A stretch of DNA of 64,000 bases from Ignavibacteria bacterium GWF2_33_9. GTDB taxonomy: Bacteria > Bacteroidota > Ignavibacteria > Kapaibacteriales > UBA2268. Where the stretch lies: the NCBI GenBank assembly GCA_001804565.1, contig MHAC01000069.1, positions 824 through 64,823 of the forward strand, given 5' to 3'. The position numbers and the translations under genes are program-made. A model generated the notes under the pieces. The model was not told the origin of the DNA, did not search any database, and saw nothing but the letters and a program-made list of their open reading frames with translations. This document shows positions 17,819 to 27,338 of the stretch, piece by piece (position 1 is the first letter of the stretch; the number at the start of each line of letters is the position of its first letter).

Positions 17819-18401
17819 AATTCCTCCTTTATTGATTACTCTAGGGCTAGAGTTAAAAAAAATATAAATTATTTTTCAATAGAATTTTACTTCAAATCGA
17901 TTAACTAATAGCAATTTAAGTAAATTTTCTTTATTAAACAAAAAATTTGGAATTTTTTTTTACTTTTTTATCAACATTTCTAAATAATTATCATATTTTG
18001 TTGAAAATTGGTCACTATTCTCCACTTTACATAATTCTGCACTTGTTTTGCCAAGTTTTTTTTGGTTTAATTAACAAGATATAATTTGTACAAAACGACA
18101 TTTCAAAGACTATTAAGGTCGATTTTTGTGGGAATTGACAATTGTCACTTCTTATCAATTTTACGTAACTTATTTGTAATTATATAGTTGCTGAAATATA
18201 TTCAATTTATATTTACTTTCACTTATTACAAAATTACAATTTATAACATTCATATTTCTCAATGGATTAAAAATCATAAATACTGAATACTCACTTCTGT
18301 ACAAGCTTTTCACGGATAGTAAATCTGATAGGGCTTATTAGAATGATAAAAAGAAATTTTTTATTTGAATTTTAATTTTTTGAAAATATTATTTCTTGAA
18401 A

Positions 18402-20078
18402 TTATTCAAATATTTGAAGTTTTTGCTTTATTTCATTATTATCGGGACTTAATTTTAAAGCTCTCTCGTAATAATATTTTGCTTTATCTTGATTTGATAT
18501 TTCAAGATAATATGCACCCAAATGTGCATTAATTTCCCAATTAAATGCATCTTTTTCTAAAGCTTTAAATTGGTACTTTTCTGCTGAGTCATAATTCTTA
18601 AGTAAAAATTGAATCCAACCATATGTATCAAGGTATGAAGCATTTTCTGGTTCAGTGGTAATCGCAATTTTCGAAAGCAATAAAGCTTCTTCCAATCTAT
18701 CAGGAAAAATACTTAAAAAATATGCATAATTATTATTTGCTGATGGATCATTTTCATTAATAAGCAATGCCTTTCTATAATATTTTTCTGCTGAATCTAG
18801 TTTATTTACTTTTTGAAACACATCTGCAAGAATTAATGTCCTATCTACTTCCCAGGGATTTGCTTCCTGAAATTCAACAAAATATTCCAAAGATTTTTCA
18901 AAATCTTTTTCTCTATAATAAAATGCTCCAATTGATTGAAGGTAATTATCATTTTTCGGATATTTCTTTGAAAAATCCTCTAATGTCTTAATTTCAGACA
19001 CTTTGTCACCAATTTGCTGGTAAAAATAAGAAACAAATAATGGATGCACCGAATTAGTATCGTTTAATTCTAATGTCTTTCCTGAATAATAATGCACCAA
19101 ATTTGTGTCAGCAATTTTGGTAGCCAAACTTGCCCCAAGATAAAATACATTTGCATTTTCTGTTTTTATGTTCTTTTCATATTTATAATTTATTAAATAT
19201 TTTTCGGAAATTTTTGAAAAATTTTCAATATGTTTGTCCATGTTAATTAAGTTTGAAAATATCCCTGAATAAAAAGATTCAATTATAATTTCATCTTTAT
19301 TTTCAATTATCTCGTAAAGACTGTCCAGTTTCCTGAAATAATTATTATGACATATATAATATACACAATACTGCACGTTATCAGGTGTTGAATTCTTGGC
19401 TATTAAATCAAATAGCTCTGGATAAAATTTTTCTGGATAGATTTCGCTAAGTAAATTAAAATAGCGGAAAGTAATTTCCTGATTTTCAACTCGATTTAAA
19501 TAGATCTTATATAATTCTAAGGCTCTTTTATCTTTTTTATATGCTAAAAGTTCGGCAAGGGCAATTATATTTTTACTGTTAGGATCAAGTTCATAGCTTC
19601 TTTCAACTACTTTTAGAGCAGCATCATCATCACCTGCATACAAGAAAATCGAATAAAGTATCTCTAAGGTTCTCATGTTTTCTGGATCTAAATCGTAAGC
19701 ATTTATAGCTGCATCCAGTGCATTGTAAATATTATTCACTTTAATATTCGCTTCAGAGAGTGACAGATATATTGAAGCAGATTTTTCGAATTTCAATGCA
19801 TTTTCGAAATTATTTATTGCTTGACCGAAATTTTCATTTGTCATCTCAACCAATCCACGGATATAATAATCCTGGGCTATGGATGATGTATCTACTTGTG
19901 GATCTTTCCGATAATCATTGAGTTTTTGTTTTAAATATTCACTCAAACTATTTTTTTTACTTATTAGTTCTTTTGAATTAACCTGATTTCTAATTTCATT
20001 AGTAGATGAACAACTTGATATAAATGAAGCAGAATAAAGCAGTATAACAAATAGAAATATATTTATAAAGAATTTCAT
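18402..20078 (-). CDS. TPR-repeat lipoprotein
   Basis: Lipobox is ISSCSS. Multiple TPR units are present (e.g. AEKYYRKALLINENDPSANNNYAYFL and AKYYYERALKLSPDNNEI). Confidence 0.75.
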   Translation of the reverse strand: MKFFINIFLFVILLYSASFISSCSSTNEIRNQVNSKELISKKNSLSEYLKQKLNDYRKDPQVDTSSIAQDYYIRGLVEMTNENFGQAINNFENALKFEKSASIYLSLSEANIKVNNIYNALDAAINAYDLDPENMRTLEILYSIFLYAGDDDAALKVVERSYELDPNSKNIIALAELLAYKKDKRALELYKIYLNRVENQEITFRYFNLLSEIYPEKFYPELFDLIAKNSTPDNVQYCVYYICHNNYFRKLDSLYEIIENKDEIIIESFYSGIFSNLINMDKHIENFSKISEKYLINYKYEKNIKTENANVFYLGASLATKIADTNLVHYYSGKTLELNDTNSVHPLFVSYFYQQIGDKVSEIKTLEDFSKKYPKNDNYLQSIGAFYYREKDFEKSLEYFVEFQEANPWEVDRTLILADVFQKVNKLDSAEKYYRKALLINENDPSANNNYAYFLSIFPDRLEEALLLSKIAITTEPENASYLDTYGWIQFLLKNYDSAEKYQFKALEKDAFNWEINAHLGAYYLEISNQDKAKYYYERALKLSPDNNEIKQKLQIFE

Positions 20079-20113
20079 TTTTCCCTTTCTTGACTTAACT
20101 AATTTGAAAATGT

Positions 20114-20121
20114 TAATTTTG
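20114..20121 (+). promoter_or_regulatory. Candidate -7 box TAATTTTG for the glycosyltransferase gene
   Basis: It matches TAnnTTTG and lies 45 nt upstream of ATG 20167. Confidence 0.25.
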
Positions 20122-20166
20122 TAATTTGTAAAAATAACTATTTTTAGAGAATTTACTTATTCAGGT

Positions 20167-21114
20167 ATGAACAAACTATTTATTAGTGTTATCATTGTAA
20201 CAAGGAATCGTGAAGACGGATTACGAAAAACATTAAATAATTTCCTTAATCAGAATTACGTTAATTGCGAATTTATAGTTATTGATAATTATTCTGAAGG
20301 AATTAACTGGACTGAGTTTCGACAAGACTTCCCTAATGTGAAATTTATTTTGTTAAAAGAAAATCATAGTATGCACGCTTTTGATTTCGGACTTAAGGAA
20401 GCAAAAGGGGAAATAATCTGGAGAACTGATGATGATTCTAATCCAGTTGATTTGAATACATTTGAAAAAGTAAATATAATATTTCAAAAATTCTTTGACA
20501 TTGATATTATTGCAACTGAAATTCAAGAACCATTATTTGATAATGTAATTACTCCCTGGTACCCTTTCAAAGTAAATAGAAATAATGTACCTGAAAATGG
20601 ATACAAATCCAACACATTTTATGGGGCAGGTGCTGCAATCAGAAAAAAAGTTTTCGACAAAATTGGAACATTTTGGGGATTTGGATATGAAGAATTAGAT
20701 TTTTCCACAAGAGCAATTTTGGCAGGTTTTCACATAAGATATTTTCCAAACATTGTTACAGACCATTATAGTTCAAGAGAAAATAGAAATGAACATCAAA
20801 GATTGATTGTAATGGCAATGCAGCAAATTCATTATCATTCAAAATATTTTAATTTTCCAAGAGCTTTTTCACGTCTGATTCTTATAATCATGTCACAAAA
20901 TCTCGAAGCATTGACCAGAAAAAGTAATCCGAAAATTTTTTGGAAATTAAACATTAGCATAATAAAAGTTTTCTTAAAAACAAGAAAAAATGAAAGAATA
21001 AAAGTTTCATCAGAAATGCTACAAGAGATAACTCTCGGTGAAAATTTCTTTTTGAGCACAATGCGCTATTTTAAAATACGAATCAACAGAATGCTTAAAA
21101 AAATAATTGATTAA
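20167..21114 (+). CDS. Family 2 glycosyltransferase
   Basis: The N-terminal ISVIIVTRNREDGLRKTLNNFLNQNY...FIVIDNYS and the DDD motif (RTDDDSNP) are typical of the GT2 fold. Confidence 0.8.
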   Translation: MNKLFISVIIVTRNREDGLRKTLNNFLNQNYVNCEFIVIDNYSEGINWTEFRQDFPNVKFILLKENHSMHAFDFGLKEAKGEIIWRTDDDSNPVDLNTFEKVNIIFQKFFDIDIIATEIQEPLFDNVITPWYPFKVNRNNVPENGYKSNTFYGAGAAIRKKVFDKIGTFWGFGYEELDFSTRAILAGFHIRYFPNIVTDHYSSRENRNEHQRLIVMAMQQIHYHSKYFNFPRAFSRLILIIMSQNLEALTRKSNPKIFWKLNISIIKVFLKTRKNERIKVSSEMLQEITLGENFFLSTMRYFKIRINRMLKKIID

Positions 21115-21119
21115 TCAGA

Positions 21120-22013
21120 TTAATTTGCTTTGATTTTTGAATTTAATGGTCCCCGTAAGCCACGATAACTGGTTAACCTTGCTTCAACAAATCCGATTGG
21201 AATCTTAGTTGCAACTTTTACAGGCATTTTTCTATCATCATCTGTAAGCCAAATATAAATCGAACCGTCACTTTGGAATAAACCACCTTGATTCACTAAT
21301 GGCTCAATTAAAATACAATTAAACTTGCCTGCTTCAACTTCGCAAGTTTGTTTACCATGTACTTTCACTCCTAATGTATAGGTTGTATCCTTAAAAAAGT
21401 TTTTCAAATAAAGTACGTGTCCATTTTTAAACTTGTTTAATTCAAGTGTTCTTACGTAATAAAATGCAGAAATAATATCATGTACATATTCTGGTATATC
21501 GTATATATTTTTCTTGACATAAGCTTTGTGATTAACTTGGTCGAATTCAGCTCTTGAATCTCTTTTATAATTACCTTCTCTTACTTTTTGTCTGAATTCC
21601 CATGAAAAAATACCGCCAATATCAATTATGGAGATAAATGCATCTCTTACTTTGTACAGAAAATCAAGGCTTTCAAGAGATTTTACTTCGAATTTTACTA
21701 CATAAGATTTTCTGCCGGATTTAATTACAGGATTTTTATCAATTTTCAAATAACCTGTTCCAGCTACAATGAATTTGTAACCTACATTATATTCAAGGTT
21801 TTCACCAAAACCGAAAGCTTCATTTTTAACAAATCTGAATTTATAATCTTTTGCATCAATTACATCTGATGATGTTGAATCTGATAATTCAATGTCTTCT
21901 TCCTGAGAAATCAAAACGAATGAAAAAGTTATAAAAATTATTAAAAAAAGAAGTATTAACTTTTGAAAAGAAAAATATTTTTTAATTTTTTTCATATTGT
22001 GTTTTTTAATCAA
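21120..22013 (-). CDS. Secreted DUF3108-like protein
   Basis: Signal/anchor segment, then FGFGENLEYNVGYKFIVAGTGYLKI...VHDIISAFYYVRTLEL...CEVEAGKFNCILIEP...IWLTDDDRKMPVKVATKIPIGFVEARL. I recognise this pattern as DUF3108 from memory only. Confidence 0.5.
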   Translation of the reverse strand: MIKKHNMKKIKKYFSFQKLILLFLIIFITFSFVLISQEEDIELSDSTSSDVIDAKDYKFRFVKNEAFGFGENLEYNVGYKFIVAGTGYLKIDKNPVIKSGRKSYVVKFEVKSLESLDFLYKVRDAFISIIDIGGIFSWEFRQKVREGNYKRDSRAEFDQVNHKAYVKKNIYDIPEYVHDIISAFYYVRTLELNKFKNGHVLYLKNFFKDTTYTLGVKVHGKQTCEVEAGKFNCILIEPLVNQGGLFQSDGSIYIWLTDDDRKMPVKVATKIPIGFVEARLTSYRGLRGPLNSKIKAN

Positions 22014-22080
22014 AAAACGAAAAAAAATACTTTACATTGAGTAAATCAATGAAAAGTATTAAAATTGTTGTCTAAAATTA

Positions 22081-22764
22081 TTAATTATCGGAACCGTAAT
22101 CTCTTAATCGATATCCAACACCACGTATACTTTGCATTAATTGTTTGCTTTTCTTATAGTCAATTTTTAACCTTAGTCTCTTGACGTAAACATCAATAAT
22201 GTTGGAATCAGGATCGAAATTGTGCTTCCAGACATGTTGAGTGATAGTAGAGCGACTAAGAATTCGATTTTTATTACGCATAAAATATTCCAAAAGTGAA
22301 TATTCTTTTGTTGTTAGTTCAATTTCCTTCCCATCCCTTATTGCCAGATGAGACACAGTATCCAGAACTAAATCACCGCATTTCAATTTCGTAGTTTTAT
22401 CTGGTAAAGTTCTACGTAAAATTGACCGTAAACGTGCTGATAATTCTTCCATGGCAAATGGTTTACCCAGAAAATCATCTGCTCCCAAATCAAGCCCTCT
22501 TACTCTATCGTCTACGTCATCTCTGGAACTAATCAAGATCAATGGAGTCATTACCCCGGCTTCACGCATTTCACGTAATACTGAAAAACCGTCTTTCCCC
22601 GGTAATATTACATCTAAAACGATAGCATCAAAAATGCTGTTCATAACATAATCAATTGCTTGATTGCCATTGTCAGACAATTCGACAATAAATCTGTCTT
22701 GTTCTAATCCATGTTGAATAAAACTGCCAATTTTAGGGTCATCTTCGACAACTAGTATACGCAT
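22081..22764 (-). CDS. OmpR/PhoB-family response regulator (receiver plus winged-helix)
   Basis: Receiver motifs are MRILVVEDDP, DAIVLDVILPGKDG and LGADDFLGKPFAMEEL. The C-terminal DNA-binding part reads LTTKEYSLLEYFMRN...IDVYVKRLRLKID...IRGVGYRL. No histidine kinase gene is seen in this window. Confidence 0.9.
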   Translation of the reverse strand: MRILVVEDDPKIGSFIQHGLEQDRFIVELSDNGNQAIDYVMNSIFDAIVLDVILPGKDGFSVLREMREAGVMTPLILISSRDDVDDRVRGLDLGADDFLGKPFAMEELSARLRSILRRTLPDKTTKLKCGDLVLDTVSHLAIRDGKEIELTTKEYSLLEYFMRNKNRILSRSTITQHVWKHNFDPDSNIIDVYVKRLRLKIDYKKSKQLMQSIRGVGYRLRDYGSDN

Positions 22765-22803
22765 ATCATTTATAATTAATTATTTTTCTTTCAATGTAAA
22801 TAC

Positions 22804-22955
22804 AAATTCATAAATATATGAATTTTCCCAAATTCAATATTCAATTTATCAAGTAATGCTTTTTTGTATTTATTTATTACGAATTAATAAATTATTCATA
22901 ATTCATTCATTAACGAATGTAAATTTATGAAAATATTTTTAAATAACAAATGAAT
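22804..22955. promoter_or_regulatory. Cluster of ATTCAT/ATGAAT hexamers and inverted repeats in the divergent regulator/CAP-protein intergenic region
   Basis: Inverted repeat AAATTCAT-N6-ATGAATTT (22804-22825). Tandem ATTCAAT ATTCAAT (22832-22845). ATTCAT at 22894, 22901 and 22905. Near-palindrome CATTCATTAACGAATG (22904-22919). ATGAAT at 22950. Confidence 0.35.
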
Positions 22956-23084
22956 ACAAAATAATATTTTAATATTGATTTTTGATTTTCAATATTTTTT
23001 TAAGTTTAGTTTACAATATCATTATTTCTTTAATTGATTTTTGTTAATTTTACATTTTTATAAGAATTAAACTTTGGTATTATA

Positions 23085-25214
23085 ATGAAAGCAGTAAGAT
23101 TACTAATTATTTTCACTTTATTTTCAACAATTAATCTTTTTGCTCAGGTAGTTCAGTACAAGGGTCCTAAGGATAATACTCAAGCTTGGCAGGACCATTA
23201 TTCAGTAGCTCCAAGTACAAATAATTGTACTGAGGGTGCTTTACTTGATTCTGAAAAATTGACAATATTGAATTATATTAACTTTATAAGAAGTTTGCAT
23301 AATTTATTACCTGTGCAATATGATTTGGGAGGAGATGAAGCTGCTCAGAAAGCTTCGTTGATTCAAGCAGCAAATGCATTCTTAACCCATACACCCTCAT
23401 CTGGTGCTTCATGTTATAGCCAAATTGGATATTACGGCTCCGAAAATTCAAACTTGTTTCTTTATACTATGTCGCAAGAATCAGATGTTGCTTCCAAAGA
23501 ATCTGTAACAGGTTGGATGAAAGATAACAATTCTGCTAATGCTGTTGATAGATGTGGGCACAGAAGAGCAATAATAAATCCTTTTGTTACCTCAATTTCT
23601 TTCGGTAGAGTTGATGGTCCTTCCATTTCCGGAAGTTGGTGCATCGGCATGGCTTTGAAATATATGGACAATGTTGACGGAAATATCCAAAGCAGACCGG
23701 TTGATTTTGTTGCATATCCACATAATTCCTATCCTCCCGATATTGTGGACAAAAATTGGTATTTATCCTTCTCGCCAATTTACGATTATACTAAATGGAG
23801 TGGAAATACAAACATTGATTATTCCAATGCTCAAATTAATGTAAAAACTGAATCAGGTACGCCCATGAATGTTCATTCACTAATATGGGATTTTGAAGGT
23901 TGGGGTGCTATCCATAATAATATTAGGTGGAAAGTTGATAATTTGCAGGATGAAGTAAAATATATAGTAAATATTAACGGAATCTCCGTTAATGGACAAG
24001 CTAAAAATTATGAGTATTGGTTTAAACTAACGAATAATGTATTCAATCAGATTCCACAAATCCCACTTCTGACAAATCCTGCAAATGAAGCTACAAATCG
24101 TTCGTTGAATCTTGGTTTTTCATGGTCAATTTCTGAATTTACGTATCAATATCAATTTCAGTTAGCACTTGATAATGCTTTTTCCAATATTGTTTCTGAC
24201 CAAATGGTTGTTGGAAACGGGATTGTTGTAAAGAATCTTTCTCCTCAAACAACATACTACTGGAGAGTGAGAGCAATTAATGATAATGGTTCGAGTGCAT
24301 GGTCTGATGTAAATACTTTTACTACTGCTGCACCAACACCAGATAAACCAACACTTGCTTCTCCTCCGGATGGTACTCAAGATATACCAACAACTGCAAA
24401 GTTAACATGGCAAAATATCCCCGGTGCTGAAAAATATGAATTACAGGTAGCATACAAGAGTGATTTCAGTGGTTTTTCACTTATTTATAATAATAAAGAA
24501 ATACAGGATACCAGTTTCACTTTACCTAGCGGCAAATTAGACAACTTTATCACATATTATTGGAGAGTTGCTTCTATTGCAAATGAACAAAAAAGTGCTT
24601 GGTCTTCGGTCTGGTCATTTAAAACTAAAGATAAGCCTCCTGTTCCTGCAACTGCAATGCTTTCTCAGCCGGCAAATAATGCTGAAAATATTGAATATAA
24701 TCCATTGATTGATTGGGAAGATGCTGCTGATGCTACTTCATATAGAATACAAATTGCAAAGAACTTTGATTTCGGTGATGAAAATTTAGTGGTCAATAAA
24801 TCAGTTGAAGAAAGTCAATATCAAGTTATGTCCGGTGAACTTGAATCACTAACAACATATTACTGGAGAATCCAATCAGCAAATGAAAGTGGATATGCAG
24901 AATGGTCGCAGACCTGGAACTTTAATACATCTGATTTTTCAGATGTAAATGAAAATGATGTTCCTGTTAATTCTTTCATGATATCTCCCAATCCGGTTAA
25001 TGATATAGCAACTATAATTTGCAAATATGTGCCTATTAATGGATTCAAGTTTGAAGTTTATGATTTATTTGGAAATCTTGTAGTAAAATTAAGTGAGAAT
25101 TTAATATTTAACAATACATTTAATTTCAACACTGCAAAATTGCCAATTGGAACTTATTATTGTAAAATTTTCTCAGACAATAAATTCACGGTTGTTAAAT
25201 TCGAAAAATTATAA
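23085..25214 (+). CDS. Secreted CAP/SCP-domain protein with three FN3-like repeats and a T9SS C-terminal sorting domain
   Basis: Signal peptide ends LFA|QVV. CAP-like region: ILNYINFIRSLHNL...GWMKDNNSANAVDRCGHRRAIINP. It has three YYWR-containing repeats. T9SS tail: ISPNPVNDIATII...LPIGTYYCKIFSDNKFTVVKFEKL. Confidence 0.8.
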   Translation: MKAVRLLIIFTLFSTINLFAQVVQYKGPKDNTQAWQDHYSVAPSTNNCTEGALLDSEKLTILNYINFIRSLHNLLPVQYDLGGDEAAQKASLIQAANAFLTHTPSSGASCYSQIGYYGSENSNLFLYTMSQESDVASKESVTGWMKDNNSANAVDRCGHRRAIINPFVTSISFGRVDGPSISGSWCIGMALKYMDNVDGNIQSRPVDFVAYPHNSYPPDIVDKNWYLSFSPIYDYTKWSGNTNIDYSNAQINVKTESGTPMNVHSLIWDFEGWGAIHNNIRWKVDNLQDEVKYIVNINGISVNGQAKNYEYWFKLTNNVFNQIPQIPLLTNPANEATNRSLNLGFSWSISEFTYQYQFQLALDNAFSNIVSDQMVVGNGIVVKNLSPQTTYYWRVRAINDNGSSAWSDVNTFTTAAPTPDKPTLASPPDGTQDIPTTAKLTWQNIPGAEKYELQVAYKSDFSGFSLIYNNKEIQDTSFTLPSGKLDNFITYYWRVASIANEQKSAWSSVWSFKTKDKPPVPATAMLSQPANNAENIEYNPLIDWEDAADATSYRIQIAKNFDFGDENLVVNKSVEESQYQVMSGELESLTTYYWRIQSANESGYAEWSQTWNFNTSDFSDVNENDVPVNSFMISPNPVNDIATIICKYVPINGFKFEVYDLFGNLVVKLSENLIFNNTFNFNTAKLPIGTYYCKIFSDNKFTVVKFEKL
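24060..24930 (+). repeat. Three tandem ~90-aa FN3-like protein repeats
   Basis: Each unit runs L(T/S).P..........W......Y..Q.A....F................L...T.YYWR(V/I)...N..G.S.WS....F.T. The repeats end in NTFTT, WSFKT and WNFNT. Confidence 0.7.
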
Positions 25215-25241
25215 ATTTTTCCCATTTTCTAATTAACCCAA

Positions 25242-25264
25242 AAAGGCTGCAAGTTGCAGCCTTT
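25242..25264. terminator. Bidirectional Rho-independent terminator between convergent genes
   Basis: Stem aaaggctgca / tgcagccttt with a 3-nt loop. An A-run lies 5' and a T-run lies 3'. Confidence 0.7.
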
Positions 25265-25281
25265 ATTTATTGTATAAAATA

Positions 25282-26475
25282 CTATGAGTGATCAAGTGCA
25301 ATCCGAACAAATAGAGAAGTGCCAATTTTCAAAGCCGACTCTACTGGATTCAATTTTGGATTATGTAAAGGGAAAATTTCCTGATTCTTTTCTGTGACAC
25401 CCAGAAACCAAAATGTTGATGGTTTGGTCTGAGAATAATATGCAAAATCTTCAGCCCACATTTTAGGTTCAGCATCAATCACATTTTCCTCCCCAATCAA
25501 TTCAGCAGCATATGATTTTATAAATTTGGTTGTATTTTCATCATTCTTCAATGGCGGATATCCTTCCACTATATCCAAATCTATTACACAGCCGTAAGAT
25601 GCAACTATTGACGGAGCATGTTCTCTGATAAGTGATTTAATCTTATTTCTTAAATCCTGATTGTATGTTCGGATAGTACCAAGTAATTTGGAAGTATCCG
25701 GTAATATGTTTGTAACATTCCCGGCCTGAATTGATGTAATTGATATCACTGCCGCTTCAAGTGGATTTTTAAATTTTACAAGTAAATTCTGACAATACTG
25801 AATGAATTCTATCGAAGCAAGAATTACATCATTTCCTAAATGAGGTTGAGCAGCATGTGAACTTTTCCCATTTATTGTAATGTGTAATTCGTCAGTTGAA
25901 GCCATTATTGGACCATTGCATACAGCGAGTTTTCCTAATTCAAGTTCAGGATTAATATGCTGACCGAAGAATGCTTGTATATTGTATTTATCAAGAATCC
26001 CGCTTTCCAGAATTAATTTTGCTCCACCCGGAAGCATTTCCTCTGCAGGTTGAAAAATCAATACAACACGAGTTTTAAGTGACTTTTCATATTTTTTAAG
26101 AATCTTTGCTGCACCCAAAAGCATTGCTGTATGCATATCGTGTCCACAAGCATGCATTATTCCTGTATTCAGGGAACTAAATTTAAGAGTTGTTTCCTCC
26201 GAAATTGGCAAAGCATCAATATCTGCCCGTAATCCTATGGATGTTTCCCCTTGTCCTAGTACTCCAATAACACCAATATATTCTTCAGAATTGAAAATAG
26301 GAGATTTTAAAGCTGTATGATTTGTTATACCAACTTCATCAAGTTTTTGTTGTATAAATTTCGTTGTATTGAATTCTTGAAAGGAAAGTTCAGGATTTTG
26401 ATGGATTTTTCTTCGAATTGCAACAATCTCTTCGAAAATTATATTTACTTCATTTTGTATATCAATATTTAACAT
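25282..26475 (-). CDS. M20D-family amidohydrolase (N-acyl-amino acid / possibly N-acetyl-diaminopimelate deacylase)
   Basis: Motifs IHQNPELSFQE, MHACGHDMH and FQPAEE. The start overlaps the dapF stop by 7 nt (ATGTTAA). Confidence 0.8.
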   Translation of the reverse strand: MLNIDIQNEVNIIFEEIVAIRRKIHQNPELSFQEFNTTKFIQQKLDEVGITNHTALKSPIFNSEEYIGVIGVLGQGETSIGLRADIDALPISEETTLKFSSLNTGIMHACGHDMHTAMLLGAAKILKKYEKSLKTRVVLIFQPAEEMLPGGAKLILESGILDKYNIQAFFGQHINPELELGKLAVCNGPIMASTDELHITINGKSSHAAQPHLGNDVILASIEFIQYCQNLLVKFKNPLEAAVISITSIQAGNVTNILPDTSKLLGTIRTYNQDLRNKIKSLIREHAPSIVASYGCVIDLDIVEGYPPLKNDENTTKFIKSYAAELIGEENVIDAEPKMWAEDFAYYSQTKPSTFWFLGVTEKNQEIFPLHNPKLNPVESALKIGTSLFVRIALDHS

Positions 26476-27338
26476 AAATCCTCAATTTTAAAATATGCTT
26501 CACCAATTTTTATTGCATCACCTTTTAGATAAAATCCTTCAATTTTATCGTTACTGCTAATAATTTCTACTTCCAATTCACTTTTACTTGTTGGAATTAT
26601 TTTAACTTTCTTATTCGTATTATTTTGCAGATAATTCAAAAGTGCAGCTGCTACTGCTCCTGTACCACAAGCACCTGTTTCATTTTCAACTCCTTTTTCA
26701 TAGGTTCTTAAAAAGATTGTTGATTTATCGATTATTTTAAAAATGCTTACATTTGTTCCGTTGGGAAATGAATCTAGATCATATCTTATTTGAGGTGCAA
26801 AATCTATTAGTGGGTAAAAATCGTATTCAAAATTTTCAGAAAATGGAACATGTTCATAATTAAAAATTAGGTGCAAAGTTCCGACATCAGCAAACATGCC
26901 GTGGAGTTGTTTACCTCCGAATGGAACTAACTTCGGGATTTCAATCAAATTTTGCTTAGGAAATTTCACTTTTATTAAGTTATTTTCCAAATTAGCAAAG
27001 TATATTATTCCTGCTAATTCAAAAGGAATCATGTCATTTTCATTCTGAAGAATTAATATGTTATTATTCAAAGCAAATCTGACTGCAGAACGTGCACCGT
27101 TGCCACACATCATTCCATGTGAACCATCAGGATTAAAGAATTTTACATCAAATGCGTTAATTTCACTACTATCCATGACAATTAAGCCTTCAGTTCTAAT
27201 TGTAAAAGGATTCGATTTCGTGCAACATATTTGTGCAATTTCTGAAAACTTTTTTGGGTTAATCTTATATTTTCTATTATCGATTATAGAAAATAAATTC
27301 CCTGCCCCTGAATAATATTCTATTTTTAATTCACTCAT
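26469..27338 (-). CDS. dapF: Diaminopimelate epimerase
   Basis: Motifs YSGAGNLF, the first catalytic Cys in MCGNGARS and the second in GACGTGAVAAA. Confidence 0.85.
   Translation of the reverse strand: MSELKIEYYSGAGNLFSIIDNRKYKINPKKFSEIAQICCTKSNPFTIRTEGLIVMDSSEINAFDVKFFNPDGSHGMMCGNGARSAVRFALNNNILILQNENDMIPFELAGIIYFANLENNLIKVKFPKQNLIEIPKLVPFGGKQLHGMFADVGTLHLIFNYEHVPFSENFEYDFYPLIDFAPQIRYDLDSFPNGTNVSIFKIIDKSTIFLRTYEKGVENETGACGTGAVAAALLNYLQNNTNKKVKIIPTSKSELEVEIISSNDKIEGFYLKGDAIKIGEAYFKIEDLC

Noticed and set aside
18043-18069. A hairpin acttg/caagt followed by T8 on the plus strand looks like a possible orphan terminator.
   Set aside because: The stem is only 5 bp with two G-C pairs. T-runs are common in this AT-rich spacer, and there is no upstream plus-strand gene.
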